Shown here piece after piece: positions 8,886 through 19,656 of a DNA stretch of 64,000 nucleotides (positions are counted from its first letter, which is position 1; every line of letters begins with the position of its first letter). The notes below the pieces were generated by a model that was not told the origin of the DNA, searched no databases, and saw only the letters and a program-made list of their open reading frames with translations. The stretch lies in assembly GCF_900538365.1 (NCBI RefSeq), contig NZ_UPXT01000003.1; one strand, given 5' to 3'. The DNA is from an uncultured Acidaminococcus sp. GTDB taxonomy: Bacteria; Bacillota; Negativicutes; Acidaminococcales; Acidaminococcaceae. A program made the translations under genes and the position numbers.

Positions 8886-11800
8886 ATGAGCGAATCGATG
8901 AGAAGGATTTATGTGGAAAAAAAGAAGGAGTATGCTGTTGAAGCAGCAGGACTCCTGGCAGACCTTGTGGGAACCTTGGGTATGACCCAGCTGACGGGGC
9001 TGCGTATCGTCAATCGCTACGATATTGCAGGACTGTCCGATGAGGACTACGAAGCTGCTAAACGGGTTGTCCTGTCTGAGCCGCCGGTAGACAAGGTTCA
9101 TGACGAGACGCTGGAAATCCCAGAAGGCGTGAAGAGCTTTGCCATTGAACTCCTGCCTGGCCAGTATGACCAGCGGGAAGACTTTGCAGCTCAGTGTGTA
9201 CAGCTCATCAGTCAGGGCAAACGGCCGGCAGTTGCCGCTGCAAAAGTCATTCTTTTGGAAGGCAATCTGACTGATGCTGATCTTGAAAAGATTAAAACGT
9301 ACACCATCAACCCTGTAGAAGCCCAGGAAGCCTCCGCACAAAAGCCTGACAGTCTGGAAATGAGCTGGGAAGCTCCGAAACCAGTTGCCATCATCAAGGG
9401 CTTCACACACTTTTCCAGGGAAGAACTCCATCAGTTCCTTAGCGAACAGGAACTGGCAATGAGTGAAGCGGATCTGGCCTTTATCCAGGAATATTTCCAG
9501 AAAGAAGGCAGGGATCCTTCCATTACTGAAATCAAGGTCCTTGACACGTACTGGTCTGATCATTGCCGCCACACCACTTTTGAAACCAACCTTGAGAAGA
9601 TTAATATTGAGGAGAGCATCTATACCGAACCTATCCAGCAGGCCTTGGAACGCTATCTGAAGGATCGGGAATTTGTCTATGGCAAGGATACAAAGCGGCC
9701 TGTTACGCTGATGGATATGGCTTGTCTTGCAACCAAGAAGATGAAAAAAGAAGGCCATCTGCCTGATCTGGATGCCTCTGAGGAAATCAATGCCTGCAGC
9801 ATTATTGTCCCTATTACGGTAGATGGAAACGAAGAAGAATGGCTCGTTATGTTTAAGAACGAGACCCATAACCACCCCACGGAGATCGAGCCTTTTGGCG
9901 GTGCTGCAACCTGTCTTGGCGGCGCCATCCGTGATCCATTGAGCGGCCGCAGCTATGTTTATCAAGCCATGCGTGTCACGGGCTCGGGGGATCCCCGTAC
10001 GCCTTATGATAAGACCCTTGTTGGGAAACTGCCCCAGCGTAAGATTACCCAGGGGGCCGCTGCGGGCTATAGTTCCTATGGCAACCAGATTGGCCTTGCG
10101 ACAGGTCTTGTCGAAGAATATTATCACGATCGTTTTGTGGCCAAGCGGATGGAAGTCGGCGCCGTGATTGGTGCAGCGCCTCGTGATGCCGTCGTCCGTG
10201 AACGCCCCAGTGATGGTGACCTTGTAGTCCTTCTTGGGGGCCGTACGGGACGTGATGGGATGGGTGGCGCAACGGGTGCGTCCAAGGAACATACGACCAA
10301 GTCCCTCAGTGAATGCGGGGCGGAGGTCCAGAAGGGCAATCCTCCTAACGAACGCAAGATCCAGCGCCTTTTCCGCAATCCTGAAGTGACCCGTCTCATC
10401 AAGCGCTGCAACGACTTTGGCGCAGGCGGTGTCTCCGTAGCGATTGGGGAACTTGCTCCGGGGCTTGTTATCAATCTGGACAAGGTTCCTAAGAAATATG
10501 AAGGCCTTGATGGTACTGAACTTGCCATCAGTGAATCTCAGGAACGTATGGCAGTTGTCATTGCTGCCAAGGACTTAAAGGCATTCCTGGATGCCGCTGA
10601 TGAAGAGAACCTGGAAGCAACGGTTGTTGCCGAGGTGTCTAAGGATCCACGCCTTGTCATGTATTGGCGCGGGGAAAAGATTGTTGATCTTTCTCGTGCC
10701 TTCCTTGATACAAATGGGATTCCCCAAAAGGCTGATGTTGAAGTGGAAGCGATTACGGCACCTTCTCCTTTCAATGAGATTCCCAAACAAGTTCAGGGCC
10801 TTTCGTCCATCAAAGACCGCTGGCTCCATAACCTGGACCGTCTGAATGTCTGCAGTCAGGAAGGGCTAGGGGAACGTTTTGATGGGACCATCGGACGAGG
10901 GACTGTCATCATGCCTTTCGGTGGTAAGCGTCAGCTGACCCAATCTGAAGGAATGGCGGCCCGGATTCCTGTTCTCGGCGGAAAAACGACGGCCGCCTCT
11001 GTCATGGCCGCTGGCTATAATCCAAACGTTGCCTGCTGGAGTCCTTATCATGGTGGGATGTACGCGGTCGTGGAATCTGTGTGCCGTGCAGCCGCTCTTG
11101 GCGCCGATCCCAGCAAATTGCGTCTTTCCATGCAGGAATATTTCCCGAAACTCCATGACAGCAAGCATTGGGGACAGCCGCTCAGCGCACTTTTAGGTGC
11201 GTACGAAGCCTGCTGCGAGTTAGGGCTTCCTGCCATTGGCGGTAAGGATTCCATGAGTGGGACCTTTATGGATCTTGAAGTTCCGCCTTCGCTCATCAGT
11301 TTTGCCGTAGGCGTCATGGATGGTCGGGATACGATTTCCAATGAATTCAAAAAAGCCGGCCATACGGTGGTATTCCTGCCTGCTGCCTGCGATGAACATG
11401 AAGTCATTGATTACGATGCCTTAAAGAAACTCCTTGCTTCCCTTCATAAGGGCATCCTGTCCAAGCGGGTCATCACGGCCGGTGTGGTCAAGGAAGGCGG
11501 TGTCGCTGCCGCGATTTCTGCCATGTGCCTTGGTAACGAACTGGGATTTTCCTTCGTCAAGCCTTTCCTTCATGAGGAATGTCTCTTTACCCTGCAGCCT
11601 GCTGGTTTCCTTGTGGAACTAGAAGACGGGGTGGACGCAGAAGAAGTCTTTGCAGGGACGGATCTTCTCGTTCTGGGGACCTTGACCGATGAGGGCAAAG
11701 TGGTTGTAAACGATACGGAAATCAGTCTTGCTGAAATTGAAGCCGCCTATACGGGGACCTTGGATAAAATTTTCCCCATGAAGGCACCGCAGAACGAGAA

Positions 11801-12662
11801 GAAGGATGTGCGGATGCCGTCTTATACCAATGACCTTCCGCTGACTGCTCCCTATAACGTTGCCAAACCGACGGTCTTCATTCCTGTTTTTCCTGGAATC
11901 AACTGCGAATATGATACGGCGGCCGCCTTTGAAGCTGCTGGTGCCAAGACGGATATCTTCGTGATCCGCAACCTGACGCCTGAAGCCATCAAGGAGTCGG
12001 TTGAAGAAATGGCAAAGCGCATGAAACAAGCGCAGATTATGGCCCTTCCTGGTGGCTTCTCCGCTGGCGATGAACCGGATGGTTCCGGTAAGTTCATGGC
12101 TACCATGTTCCGTAACCCAACCCTTACGGAAGCCGTGGAAGATCTTCTGACGAATCGGGATGGTCTGATCCTTGGCATCTGCAATGGGTTCCAAGCCCTG
12201 ATCAAGCTGGGCCTTGTACCATACGGCCATATCGTACCGCTGAAGGATGATTCCCCAACGCTGACGTTCAATACCATTGGCCGTCACATTTCCCGTATGA
12301 TCGATACAAAAGTGGTCTCCAATAAATCCCCGTGGCTCAGTCTCTGCGAACCGGGTGATATCCATACCATTGCAATCTCCCACGGTGAAGGCCGTTTCGT
12401 AGCGACGGAGGAGGAAATCAAGCGCCTCTTTGCTAATGGACAGATTGGCACCCAATATGTTGACCTTGCCGGCAATCCGACCATGGAAAGCCCGTACAAC
12501 CCGAACGGTTCCTTCTATGCCGTCGAGTCCGTTACCAGCCCCGATGGCCGCGTCCTTGGCAAGATGGGCCATTCCGAACGCTACACTGATGGCCTCATGA
12601 AGAACATCCCGGGCAACAAGCTTCAGCCAATCTTCCTGTCCGGCGTGCAGTACTTCAAATAA
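8886..12662 (+). CDS. purL: Phosphoribosylformylglycinamidine synthase, single-chain large type
   Basis: 1258 aa combining N-terminal, AIR-synthase-like and C-terminal glutaminase domains, with an RBS only 11 nt after the GNAT stop. Confidence 0.9.
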   Translation: MSESMRRIYVEKKKEYAVEAAGLLADLVGTLGMTQLTGLRIVNRYDIAGLSDEDYEAAKRVVLSEPPVDKVHDETLEIPEGVKSFAIELLPGQYDQREDFAAQCVQLISQGKRPAVAAAKVILLEGNLTDADLEKIKTYTINPVEAQEASAQKPDSLEMSWEAPKPVAIIKGFTHFSREELHQFLSEQELAMSEADLAFIQEYFQKEGRDPSITEIKVLDTYWSDHCRHTTFETNLEKINIEESIYTEPIQQALERYLKDREFVYGKDTKRPVTLMDMACLATKKMKKEGHLPDLDASEEINACSIIVPITVDGNEEEWLVMFKNETHNHPTEIEPFGGAATCLGGAIRDPLSGRSYVYQAMRVTGSGDPRTPYDKTLVGKLPQRKITQGAAAGYSSYGNQIGLATGLVEEYYHDRFVAKRMEVGAVIGAAPRDAVVRERPSDGDLVVLLGGRTGRDGMGGATGASKEHTTKSLSECGAEVQKGNPPNERKIQRLFRNPEVTRLIKRCNDFGAGGVSVAIGELAPGLVINLDKVPKKYEGLDGTELAISESQERMAVVIAAKDLKAFLDAADEENLEATVVAEVSKDPRLVMYWRGEKIVDLSRAFLDTNGIPQKADVEVEAITAPSPFNEIPKQVQGLSSIKDRWLHNLDRLNVCSQEGLGERFDGTIGRGTVIMPFGGKRQLTQSEGMAARIPVLGGKTTAASVMAAGYNPNVACWSPYHGGMYAVVESVCRAAALGADPSKLRLSMQEYFPKLHDSKHWGQPLSALLGAYEACCELGLPAIGGKDSMSGTFMDLEVPPSLISFAVGVMDGRDTISNEFKKAGHTVVFLPAACDEHEVIDYDALKKLLASLHKGILSKRVITAGVVKEGGVAAAISAMCLGNELGFSFVKPFLHEECLFTLQPAGFLVELEDGVDAEEVFAGTDLLVLGTLTDEGKVVVNDTEISLAEIEAAYTGTLDKIFPMKAPQNEKKDVRMPSYTNDLPLTAPYNVAKPTVFIPVFPGINCEYDTAAAFEAAGAKTDIFVIRNLTPEAIKESVEEMAKRMKQAQIMALPGGFSAGDEPDGSGKFMATMFRNPTLTEAVEDLLTNRDGLILGICNGFQALIKLGLVPYGHIVPLKDDSPTLTFNTIGRHISRMIDTKVVSNKSPWLSLCEPGDIHTIAISHGEGRFVATEEEIKRLFANGQIGTQYVDLAGNPTMESPYNPNGSFYAVESVTSPDGRVLGKMGHSERYTDGLMKNIPGNKLQPIFLSGVQYFK

Positions 12663-12687
12663 GCTGTTCAGGTATTTATCTGGACCT

Positions 12688-12722
12688 AGGATCCACCTCC
12701 TTGGGGGGTGGGTCCTTTTTAT
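12688..12722 (+). terminator. Rho-independent terminator after purL
   Basis: aggatccacctcc-ttgg-ggggtgggtcct followed by TTTTT. Confidence 0.75.
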
Positions 12723-12842
12723 GTGCCGAAAGGGGAGGCTATGGCTTTTTTCATCAATTTCTACTATAATGCAGGGTGATACAGTTGTTAGATGCAGAAA
12801 CCATCTTTGCTGATTTTGTTCCCTGAATGGAGGTTAACCAAT

Positions 12843-15764
12843 ATGCAGTTTTCCCTGAATGATAAGGTCCATGGTTTTCGCGTGGACCGGATCACCGAGC
12901 TTTCTGATATCAAGGCAGTGGGGTATGAAATGACCCACGAAAAAAGTGGGGCCCGTCTTTTTTATGTGGCTTCCGATGATGACAACAAAGTTTTTACCAT
13001 TGGCTTTCGGACGCCCAGTCGGGATGATACCGGTGTGGCCCATATAACGGAACATTCCGTACTTTGCGGATCCCGCAAATATCCGGTCAAGGAACCCTTT
13101 GTCGAACTTGTGAAAGGGTCCCTCAATACGTTCCTCAATGCGATGACTTATTCCGATAAAACAGTCTATCCTGTTGCAAGCCGCAATGATAAGGATTTCA
13201 GGAATCTTGTTGATGTTTATTTGGATGCCGTCTTTTATCCAAATACCTATAAAAACCCCTTCACGCTCCGCCAGGAAGGTTGGCACTATGAGCTTGATAA
13301 TGCGGGCCAACTTGTCTATAACGGCGTCGTCTATAATGAAATGAAAGGGGTCTATTCTTCCCCTGATGCCATCGAAGAAAATGAGATGAACAAAGCTCTT
13401 TTCCCGAATACGCCGTATCGGTTTGAATCGGGTGGTTATCCAGAGGCCATTCCATCCTTGACGCAGGAAATGTTCCTTGATTTCCATAAGACGTATTACA
13501 GTCCCCAGAATAGTTTCATCTATCTTTATGGCAATATGGATATTGATGATTATTTGTCTTACCTCGACGAAGCGTACCTGAATCATTTTGAAAAAGATCC
13601 GGATTTTTCCGTCAAGATTCCTCTGCAGGCATCCTTTGACCGGACGAAAGAGGTGACCGCCTACTATCCGGTAGCACCGGGAGCGGACGTGGATCACAAG
13701 ACTTATCTTTCCCTCAATATTGCTACGGGATCAAGCCTTGACCAGAAGCAGACCATGGCCCTCAAGGTCCTTACAAAGGTCCTTTTTGAAGGCGATAACG
13801 CCCCCCTGCGTCTTGCCCTCCTGCGGGCAGGACTCGGCAGCGATGTGTCAGGCAGCCTCAACGCTTCCCAGCTTCAGCCCGTTCTTTCCATCCGCGTCAG
13901 CGGCAGTGAGGAAACTGAAAAAGACCGCTTCATCAAGGTCCTTTACAGCACGCTCCAGGAGCTTTCCCGCAAGGGCGTTCCGCAGGAACTTCTGGAAGCG
14001 GAACTCAGCAGTGAAGAATTCAAGATGCGCGAAGCTGATTTCAATGTCTACCCGAAAGGACTCATCTATGGTCTTTCAACCATGGAAACCTGGCTTTATG
14101 GCGGGGACCCGACGACGTGTCTGAAGTTTACGGAAACCTTGGACTTCCTGCGCAGCAAAATCGGCACACGTTATTATGAGTCCCTCATTGAAACGTTCCT
14201 TCTTGACAATACGCATAAGGTGCTCCTTACGCTTAAGCCGGAGCCGGGGAAGGAAGAAAAGGACGGCGCCCTCTTCCGCAAAAAGATGCAGGCCATCAAA
14301 GAAGGCCTCACACAGGATGAGATTGATGAAATCAAGGCCATCGCCGATGAACTCCATGCCCGCCAGGCGGCAGAAGATTCACCGGAGGCTCTGGAAACCA
14401 TTCCTCTGTTAAAGCGCGATGATATCGAGCGAACGGTTTCCTTTGAAACGCCTGTGGTCACGGAAAAGGGGAGCCATACCCTGCTTTACCGCCCTGCCTT
14501 TACGAACCAGATCGTTTATTATGATTGGTGCTTTGATATGACAGGCGTACCGGAAGACCTTCTCACAAGCGCATATTTGCTTTCTGACATCCTCGGAAAG
14601 GTCAATACAAATAAATTCACCTATGAAGAATTAAATACGTTTACAGACCAATATATCGGGGGACTTTCCTTTGCCATCCAACCTTATACATCCTACCGGG
14701 ACATGAATGACTACAGGAACTATTTCAAGGTAACGGCCAAAGTACTGGAACACAACGAGGACCGGCTCTTTGAGCTTCTTGAAGCCTTGGCATTGACCAG
14801 CCATGTGGGGGACAAGGCTCGCCTCAAGGAAATCGTGGAAGAAGTCAAAGCGGGGTGGGATGCCTTATTTTTCTCCCGCGGCATGACCGTTACCACCATT
14901 CGTCTTTCCAGTTATTTCTCCGCTTCCGGCCGCTCCAGCGAGCATGATCAGCTGACCTACTACCAGTTCCTCCAGGATCTGTGCGCTCATTTTGAGGAAA
15001 AGGCGGACCGCGTCATTGAGAACCTGAAGACCTTGCTGTCCGCTTTCTTCCATAAGGATCGTCTTATTATGAGCCTTTGCTGTGACGAAAGACACCGGGA
15101 AACGGCAGAAAAGAAGATGGAATTCTTTGTCAATCAGCTGCCCCATTCTTCCTTTGCCGGAAAAGCGGTGCCGGAGTTTGCCGCACCGGGCCTTAATGAA
15201 GGCATTACGACAAGCGGCAAGGTTCAGTATGTCCTTGCCGGCGGCAATTTCCGCGCTCATGGTCATGACTATACTGGTGCCATGAAGGTCCTTGAAACCA
15301 TCCTACGCTATGGCTATCTCTGGACCAAGATCCGTGTTCAGGGCGGCGCTTATGGGGCTGGAGCCCGCTTTGATCCGAACGGGCTGTTCTATCTGTCCAG
15401 TTACCGCGATCCACAGCTCATGAAGACACTCAGCACCTATGAAGGACTGCCTGAGTATCTGGAACATTTTGAAGCTTCGGAACGGGAAATGACCAAGTAT
15501 GTCATTGGGACCATCAGTCTCCTAGATACGCCGCTGACAAACGCCATGCGGCTTGAAAAGGCCATTACGACCTATCTGCGCGGCCTGCCCAAAGAACTTG
15601 CCCAGACTTATCGCGATGAGGTCATTGATTGCTCAGTGGAAGATATCAGGGCCCTGGCGCCTGTTGTGCAGGATGTTCTTTCTGATGGATATCGCTGCGT
15701 TGTAGGCAGTAAGGACGCCATCGAAGAGAATAAAGACGCCTTTAAGAAGATATTCAAAGCCTAA
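12843..15764 (+). CDS. M16 family zinc metallopeptidase (PreP/insulinase-like, ~975 aa)
   Basis: HITEHSVLCGSRKYP contains the inverted HxxEH zinc motif. The length is typical of M16C. GGAGG RBS before the ATG at 12843. Confidence 0.8.
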   Translation: MQFSLNDKVHGFRVDRITELSDIKAVGYEMTHEKSGARLFYVASDDDNKVFTIGFRTPSRDDTGVAHITEHSVLCGSRKYPVKEPFVELVKGSLNTFLNAMTYSDKTVYPVASRNDKDFRNLVDVYLDAVFYPNTYKNPFTLRQEGWHYELDNAGQLVYNGVVYNEMKGVYSSPDAIEENEMNKALFPNTPYRFESGGYPEAIPSLTQEMFLDFHKTYYSPQNSFIYLYGNMDIDDYLSYLDEAYLNHFEKDPDFSVKIPLQASFDRTKEVTAYYPVAPGADVDHKTYLSLNIATGSSLDQKQTMALKVLTKVLFEGDNAPLRLALLRAGLGSDVSGSLNASQLQPVLSIRVSGSEETEKDRFIKVLYSTLQELSRKGVPQELLEAELSSEEFKMREADFNVYPKGLIYGLSTMETWLYGGDPTTCLKFTETLDFLRSKIGTRYYESLIETFLLDNTHKVLLTLKPEPGKEEKDGALFRKKMQAIKEGLTQDEIDEIKAIADELHARQAAEDSPEALETIPLLKRDDIERTVSFETPVVTEKGSHTLLYRPAFTNQIVYYDWCFDMTGVPEDLLTSAYLLSDILGKVNTNKFTYEELNTFTDQYIGGLSFAIQPYTSYRDMNDYRNYFKVTAKVLEHNEDRLFELLEALALTSHVGDKARLKEIVEEVKAGWDALFFSRGMTVTTIRLSSYFSASGRSSEHDQLTYYQFLQDLCAHFEEKADRVIENLKTLLSAFFHKDRLIMSLCCDERHRETAEKKMEFFVNQLPHSSFAGKAVPEFAAPGLNEGITTSGKVQYVLAGGNFRAHGHDYTGAMKVLETILRYGYLWTKIRVQGGAYGAGARFDPNGLFYLSSYRDPQLMKTLSTYEGLPEYLEHFEASEREMTKYVIGTISLLDTPLTNAMRLEKAITTYLRGLPKELAQTYRDEVIDCSVEDIRALAPVVQDVLSDGYRCVVGSKDAIEENKDAFKKIFKA

Positions 15765-15778
15765 GAAGGAAATCCGAT

Positions 15779-15816
15779 AAGGACTGCTCACCCATATGGC
15801 GGCAGTCCTTTTTTCC
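15779..15816 (+). terminator. Rho-independent terminator after the M16 peptidase gene
   Basis: aaggactgc-(loop)-gcagtcctt followed by TTTTTT. Confidence 0.8.
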
Positions 15817-15832
15817 TAAGGAGGAAAAAAGG

Positions 15833-16990
15833 ATGATGCATGATCATCAAGTACTTATTCCAGCGGCCTTTGTCAGCAGGCCCAATCGATTTGTGGCAAA
15901 GGCGGCCATCGGGGATACGGTTGTCACTTGCCATATGCCTAATCCGGGTCGCATGTGGGAACTCCTTTATGAGGGGACGCGGCTCTACCTCCGAAAAGCC
16001 AAGGATCCAGCGCGCAAAACGCCCTATGATGTTGTCGGGATCGAACGGGAAGGGATTCCCATCCTACTTGACACGCAGTATAACAATGACGTGGCAGAGT
16101 ACCTCATTCAGAATCACTTGCTTCCTTTCTGGGAGTCCTGCAGCGTCGTAAGGCGGGAAGTTACGGTGGGGGACAGCCGGTTCGACCTGCTTCTTGAGCA
16201 GGAGGGACAGCCCTTTTACGTAGAAGTCAAATCCTGCACCTTATTCGGCCGTAGGGGTGCTATGTTCCCTGATGCGGTAACAGAACGAGGCCGCAAACAT
16301 ATCGAGGAACTTGCCGCTATGCATGATAAGGGCATCAGGACGGGGCTTCTCATCCTTGCCCATTGGAACCGGGCTGAATGGTTCCTTCCTGATTACCATA
16401 CAGACCCTGCTTTTGCCGAGGCTTTTCGACGCTGCGCGCCCCGTCTTGATTGGAAGGCCTTTTCCCTTTCTTGGGATGAGACCTTTACTTATCCTGAACC
16501 GGGAAAACTCCTTTCTTACCCAGAGACGCTCCTCATAGAGGAAAACAAGGATGCTGGGGACTATTTTCTTGTTCTGGAACTTGCCGAAGATCGAGACATT
16601 ACCGTAGGCAGTTTGGGGAGGATCCATTTTCCCAAGGGTTTTTATGTCTATGTCGGATCTGCGAAAAAGAACCTCATGAAACGGCTGGAACGGCATAAAC
16701 GGAAGCGCAAAGGGATGCACTGGCATATTGATTATTTTCGTAACGAAGCTCAGGTCCTTGCTGCCCTTCCCGTAAGGACCCAGGCGGATTTAGAACATCT
16801 CATGGCGCGGGATCTGATAAAGGCCGCGGATTGGTCCATTCCTCATTTTGGGGCGACGGACTGCACAGAAGATGGGTCCCATCTTTTTGGGTTTAGGAGA
16901 AACCCGCTTCATGAAAAAGTCTTTATGGATATCGTCGAAGGGTTCCGCATGAACCGTCTCGATGGCCGGGTACTAAAAGAAAAGGGGTAA
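15833..16990 (+). CDS. sfsA: SfsA-like (sugar fermentation stimulation protein A) N-terminal domain fused to a DUF123/GIY-YIG-like C-terminal domain
   Basis: The first ~230 aa match SfsA (FVSRPNRFVA, GRxxxxG, FDLLLE). The last ~150 aa carry GDYFLVLEL...GFYVYVGSA...LxRHxR...HWHIDYF, a pattern I associate with the DUF123/GIY-YIG-like family. Confidence 0.65.
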   Translation: MMHDHQVLIPAAFVSRPNRFVAKAAIGDTVVTCHMPNPGRMWELLYEGTRLYLRKAKDPARKTPYDVVGIEREGIPILLDTQYNNDVAEYLIQNHLLPFWESCSVVRREVTVGDSRFDLLLEQEGQPFYVEVKSCTLFGRRGAMFPDAVTERGRKHIEELAAMHDKGIRTGLLILAHWNRAEWFLPDYHTDPAFAEAFRRCAPRLDWKAFSLSWDETFTYPEPGKLLSYPETLLIEENKDAGDYFLVLELAEDRDITVGSLGRIHFPKGFYVYVGSAKKNLMKRLERHKRKRKGMHWHIDYFRNEAQVLAALPVRTQADLEHLMARDLIKAADWSIPHFGATDCTEDGSHLFGFRRNPLHEKVFMDIVEGFRMNRLDGRVLKEKG

Positions 16991-17035
16991 AGAAAAGGAC
17001 CCATCCTGTGATGAGAAACAGGGTGGGTCCATGTT

Positions 17036-18253
17036 TTATTTGACTTTTTTTACGAGCTCCGGAAAGGGGGAAAGGACGCGTTTAAGGATGCCGTTCATAT
17101 ATGCGATGGCAATCCCGTAATTGGTCATGGGAATGCCTGCGCTTCCTGCAAGATGCTGTCTATAGGAAACTTCCCGTGAATTCAGCATGCAGGCCCCGCA
17201 GTGGACAATCAGTGAATAGGAAGAAAGGTCATCAGGAAAACCCTTGCCGCTTGTAAAGAAAAATTCCGGTGTTGTTCCGGAAAAGCGGCAAATCCATCCA
17301 GGCATCTTCACGGTACCGATATCATTGCACTGACGGTGATGGGTGCAGCCTTCGGAAATAAGAATATGATCGCCCTCTTGCAAACATTTTAGCTTATTGG
17401 CGCCCTCAATAAAGGCTTCCAATTCTCCTTTATAGCGGGCAAAGAGAATGGAAAAACTGGTGAGGGGCACGTCTTCCGGCACCATGTCCTTCACGGTAGA
17501 AAAGGCTTGGGAGTCCGTAATGACAAGGCGAATGCTGTCATGAAAGGCCTTGACGGTGGAAGGCAGCTCGTTTGGTTGGACGGCGATGGCCCTTCCGTGG
17601 AAATCGAGGATTTCCCGGATAGTCTGCTGCTGAGGCAGGATCAGCCGCGCTTTAGGTGCTGACTCATCAATGGGAACGACGAGAACAACCAAGTCACCGG
17701 GTGCCAAAAGATCTCCTAGCAGAGGGCGCTGTACCTTAATGTGTGGATTCATCTGGGACAGGCGTTCCTTAAGTTCCGTAATGCCCGTAAGGGTCCGGGC
17801 ACTGACCAAAAGAAGATGGTCTTTTTCTTCTTGAGGAAGGAGGGGCGCGCTGTTTTTATCGATTTTATTGATAATGAGCAGGTAGGGGACCTTCCGTTCC
17901 TTGATTTCTTTGAGTAAGTGCCGATCGGCTTCTGACAGGCCCAGGGCTGCATCGACAACAAGGAGGGCAATATCCGTGCTGCGCAGGACAAAGCGTGCTT
18001 TTTCGACGCGCTTTTCACCGAGGGTGCCTTCATCATCAAGGCCGGGTGTATCCGTTATCAGTACGGGGCCAAGAGGAAGGATTTCCATGGCCTTGGAGAC
18101 GGGGTCCGTCGTCGTACCCTTAAAGTCAGAGACAATGGCGAGGTCCTGCCCGGTCAGGGCATTGATCAGGGAAGATTTCCCTGCATTGCGGCAGCCAAAA
18201 AGTCCAATGTGGACGCGTTCAGCCGCTGGGGTTTCATTAAGCGAAGAGGCCAT
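17036..18253 (-). CDS. hydF: [FeFe]-hydrogenase maturation GTPase HydF
   Basis: GxxNxGKSS P-loop, TrmE/Era-like G domain, and C-terminal CxH...C...C FeS motif (EGCTHHRQC, HCGAC). AAAGGAG RBS before the ATG at 18253. Confidence 0.85.
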   Translation of the reverse strand: MASSLNETPAAERVHIGLFGCRNAGKSSLINALTGQDLAIVSDFKGTTTDPVSKAMEILPLGPVLITDTPGLDDEGTLGEKRVEKARFVLRSTDIALLVVDAALGLSEADRHLLKEIKERKVPYLLIINKIDKNSAPLLPQEEKDHLLLVSARTLTGITELKERLSQMNPHIKVQRPLLGDLLAPGDLVVLVVPIDESAPKARLILPQQQTIREILDFHGRAIAVQPNELPSTVKAFHDSIRLVITDSQAFSTVKDMVPEDVPLTSFSILFARYKGELEAFIEGANKLKCLQEGDHILISEGCTHHRQCNDIGTVKMPGWICRFSGTTPEFFFTSGKGFPDDLSSYSLIVHCGACMLNSREVSYRQHLAGSAGIPMTNYGIAIAYMNGILKRVLSPFPELVKKVK

Positions 18254-18534
18254 AGCAAGCTCCTTTCTGGGGTGGGAACCCATCCCTCTAAAATTTTGAC
18301 TTCTATACTATACCGCATCTTCCAGTTTCCGTCGATGGGGTTTTTCCCAAAAGGGTGAAAATTGGCGCTGAAAGGGGAAAAAAGTGGTCTAACCCGTCAT
18401 CATCCCAAGGTTTATCCTTCAACATTTTGCAAAAAATTTTCAATTTAGATTGGACATTCTTATCCATTCGTGGTATCTTCATAGCATTGTAAGACAGAAT
18501 TTGCAGCCTATTTGCAGTAGGAGTTGAATCCATC

Positions 18535-19638
18535 GTGGAAGTCTATTATATGGCAGCCATGGCCCATCTTTTGGGTTCCCGCGCCGCCCTTTTGGGACCT
18601 CGCCTTGCGGCCTATTTTGGGTCGGCAGAGGAAGCCTTTGGGGCTTCCTTCGAACAGATGCTGGCGTCGGGCATCCTTACAGAAAAAGGGGTCCAGCACT
18701 ACCGAAAATGGTATGACCCGGACCTTCCTCAAAAGATAGCCGCTTACTGTGAGGGCGCCCAGATTTCGCTTCTCGGAATCCAAGAAAGTGCGTATCCTGC
18801 TTCACTTAAGGAGATTGCAGCTCCGCCTTGGGTCCTGTACGTCAAAGGTAAGCTGCCGAACCTAATGGCCTGCCTTGCAGTTGTTGGGTCACGTAAAGCC
18901 ACAGGTTACGGTCTATCTATAGCGGAACGCTTTTCCCGCGTCCTTGCGTCAGAGAAGCTAACCATCGTGAGCGGAGGTGCCTATGGCATCGATGCGGCAG
19001 CCCATGAGGGAGCTCTTCTTGGCGGAGGAAAGACGATTGCCGTTTTGGGCTCCGGCCTGGCGCGGCCTTATCCAGCTCGGCACAAAGCGCTTTTTGAACG
19101 AATTTCCGAAACCGGTGCTGTCATCTCTGAATTTTCCCCTTTTACGCCGCCTATGGCCTATCAGTTTCCCATGCGCAACCGCATCATCGTCGGGCTTTCT
19201 TCCGGGGTGCTTGTTGTAGAGGCCGCACTAAAAAGCGGTGCCATGATTACGGCCCACCTCGCAGCAGATGAAAACCGTGATGTCTACGCTGTGCCAGGCC
19301 CTATTGAGTCTCCCACAAGCAAAGGGACCCACGCCCTCATCAAGGAAGGCGCCCATCTTGTTGATGATCCTCAGGATCTTTTGGATATCTATTTTCCTGA
19401 GGCCTTTCCCAAGGGAGCCCAAGCGGTGGAACTTTCTTTATTTGAAGCTTTTCCCGTTCCCGACAGGGAAAAAGCAGAAGCCCTTTATGATTTTATCAAG
19501 GGAGGAAATGGCAAACAGATGGAAGAAATCATGGCCCACTTCCCTTGGCCGCTTTCTTTTGTCAGTATGCTTCTCCTGCGTATGGAGGTTGCCGGCATGA
19601 TCCGTAAGAGCGCGGGCAATCGATATTTAGTTCGCTAA
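18535..19638 (+). CDS. dprA: DNA-processing protein DprA (Smf)
   Basis: Rossmann-like DprA core (VVGSRKATGYG...VVEAALKSGAMITA). The start is either GTG at 18535 or ATG at 18550. Confidence 0.85.
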   Translation: MEVYYMAAMAHLLGSRAALLGPRLAAYFGSAEEAFGASFEQMLASGILTEKGVQHYRKWYDPDLPQKIAAYCEGAQISLLGIQESAYPASLKEIAAPPWVLYVKGKLPNLMACLAVVGSRKATGYGLSIAERFSRVLASEKLTIVSGGAYGIDAAAHEGALLGGGKTIAVLGSGLARPYPARHKALFERISETGAVISEFSPFTPPMAYQFPMRNRIIVGLSSGVLVVEAALKSGAMITAHLAADENRDVYAVPGPIESPTSKGTHALIKEGAHLVDDPQDLLDIYFPEAFPKGAQAVELSLFEAFPVPDREKAEALYDFIKGGNGKQMEEIMAHFPWPLSFVSMLLLRMEVAGMIRKSAGNRYLVR

Positions 19639-19656
19639 AAAGGAGTCAGATGTTTT

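Noticed and set aside
8871-10292. 473-aa minus-strand ORF
   Set aside because: It lies entirely antisense to the well-supported purL. It has no RBS, and its translation is low-complexity and rich in Arg and Gly, typical of a shadow ORF in GC-skewed coding DNA.
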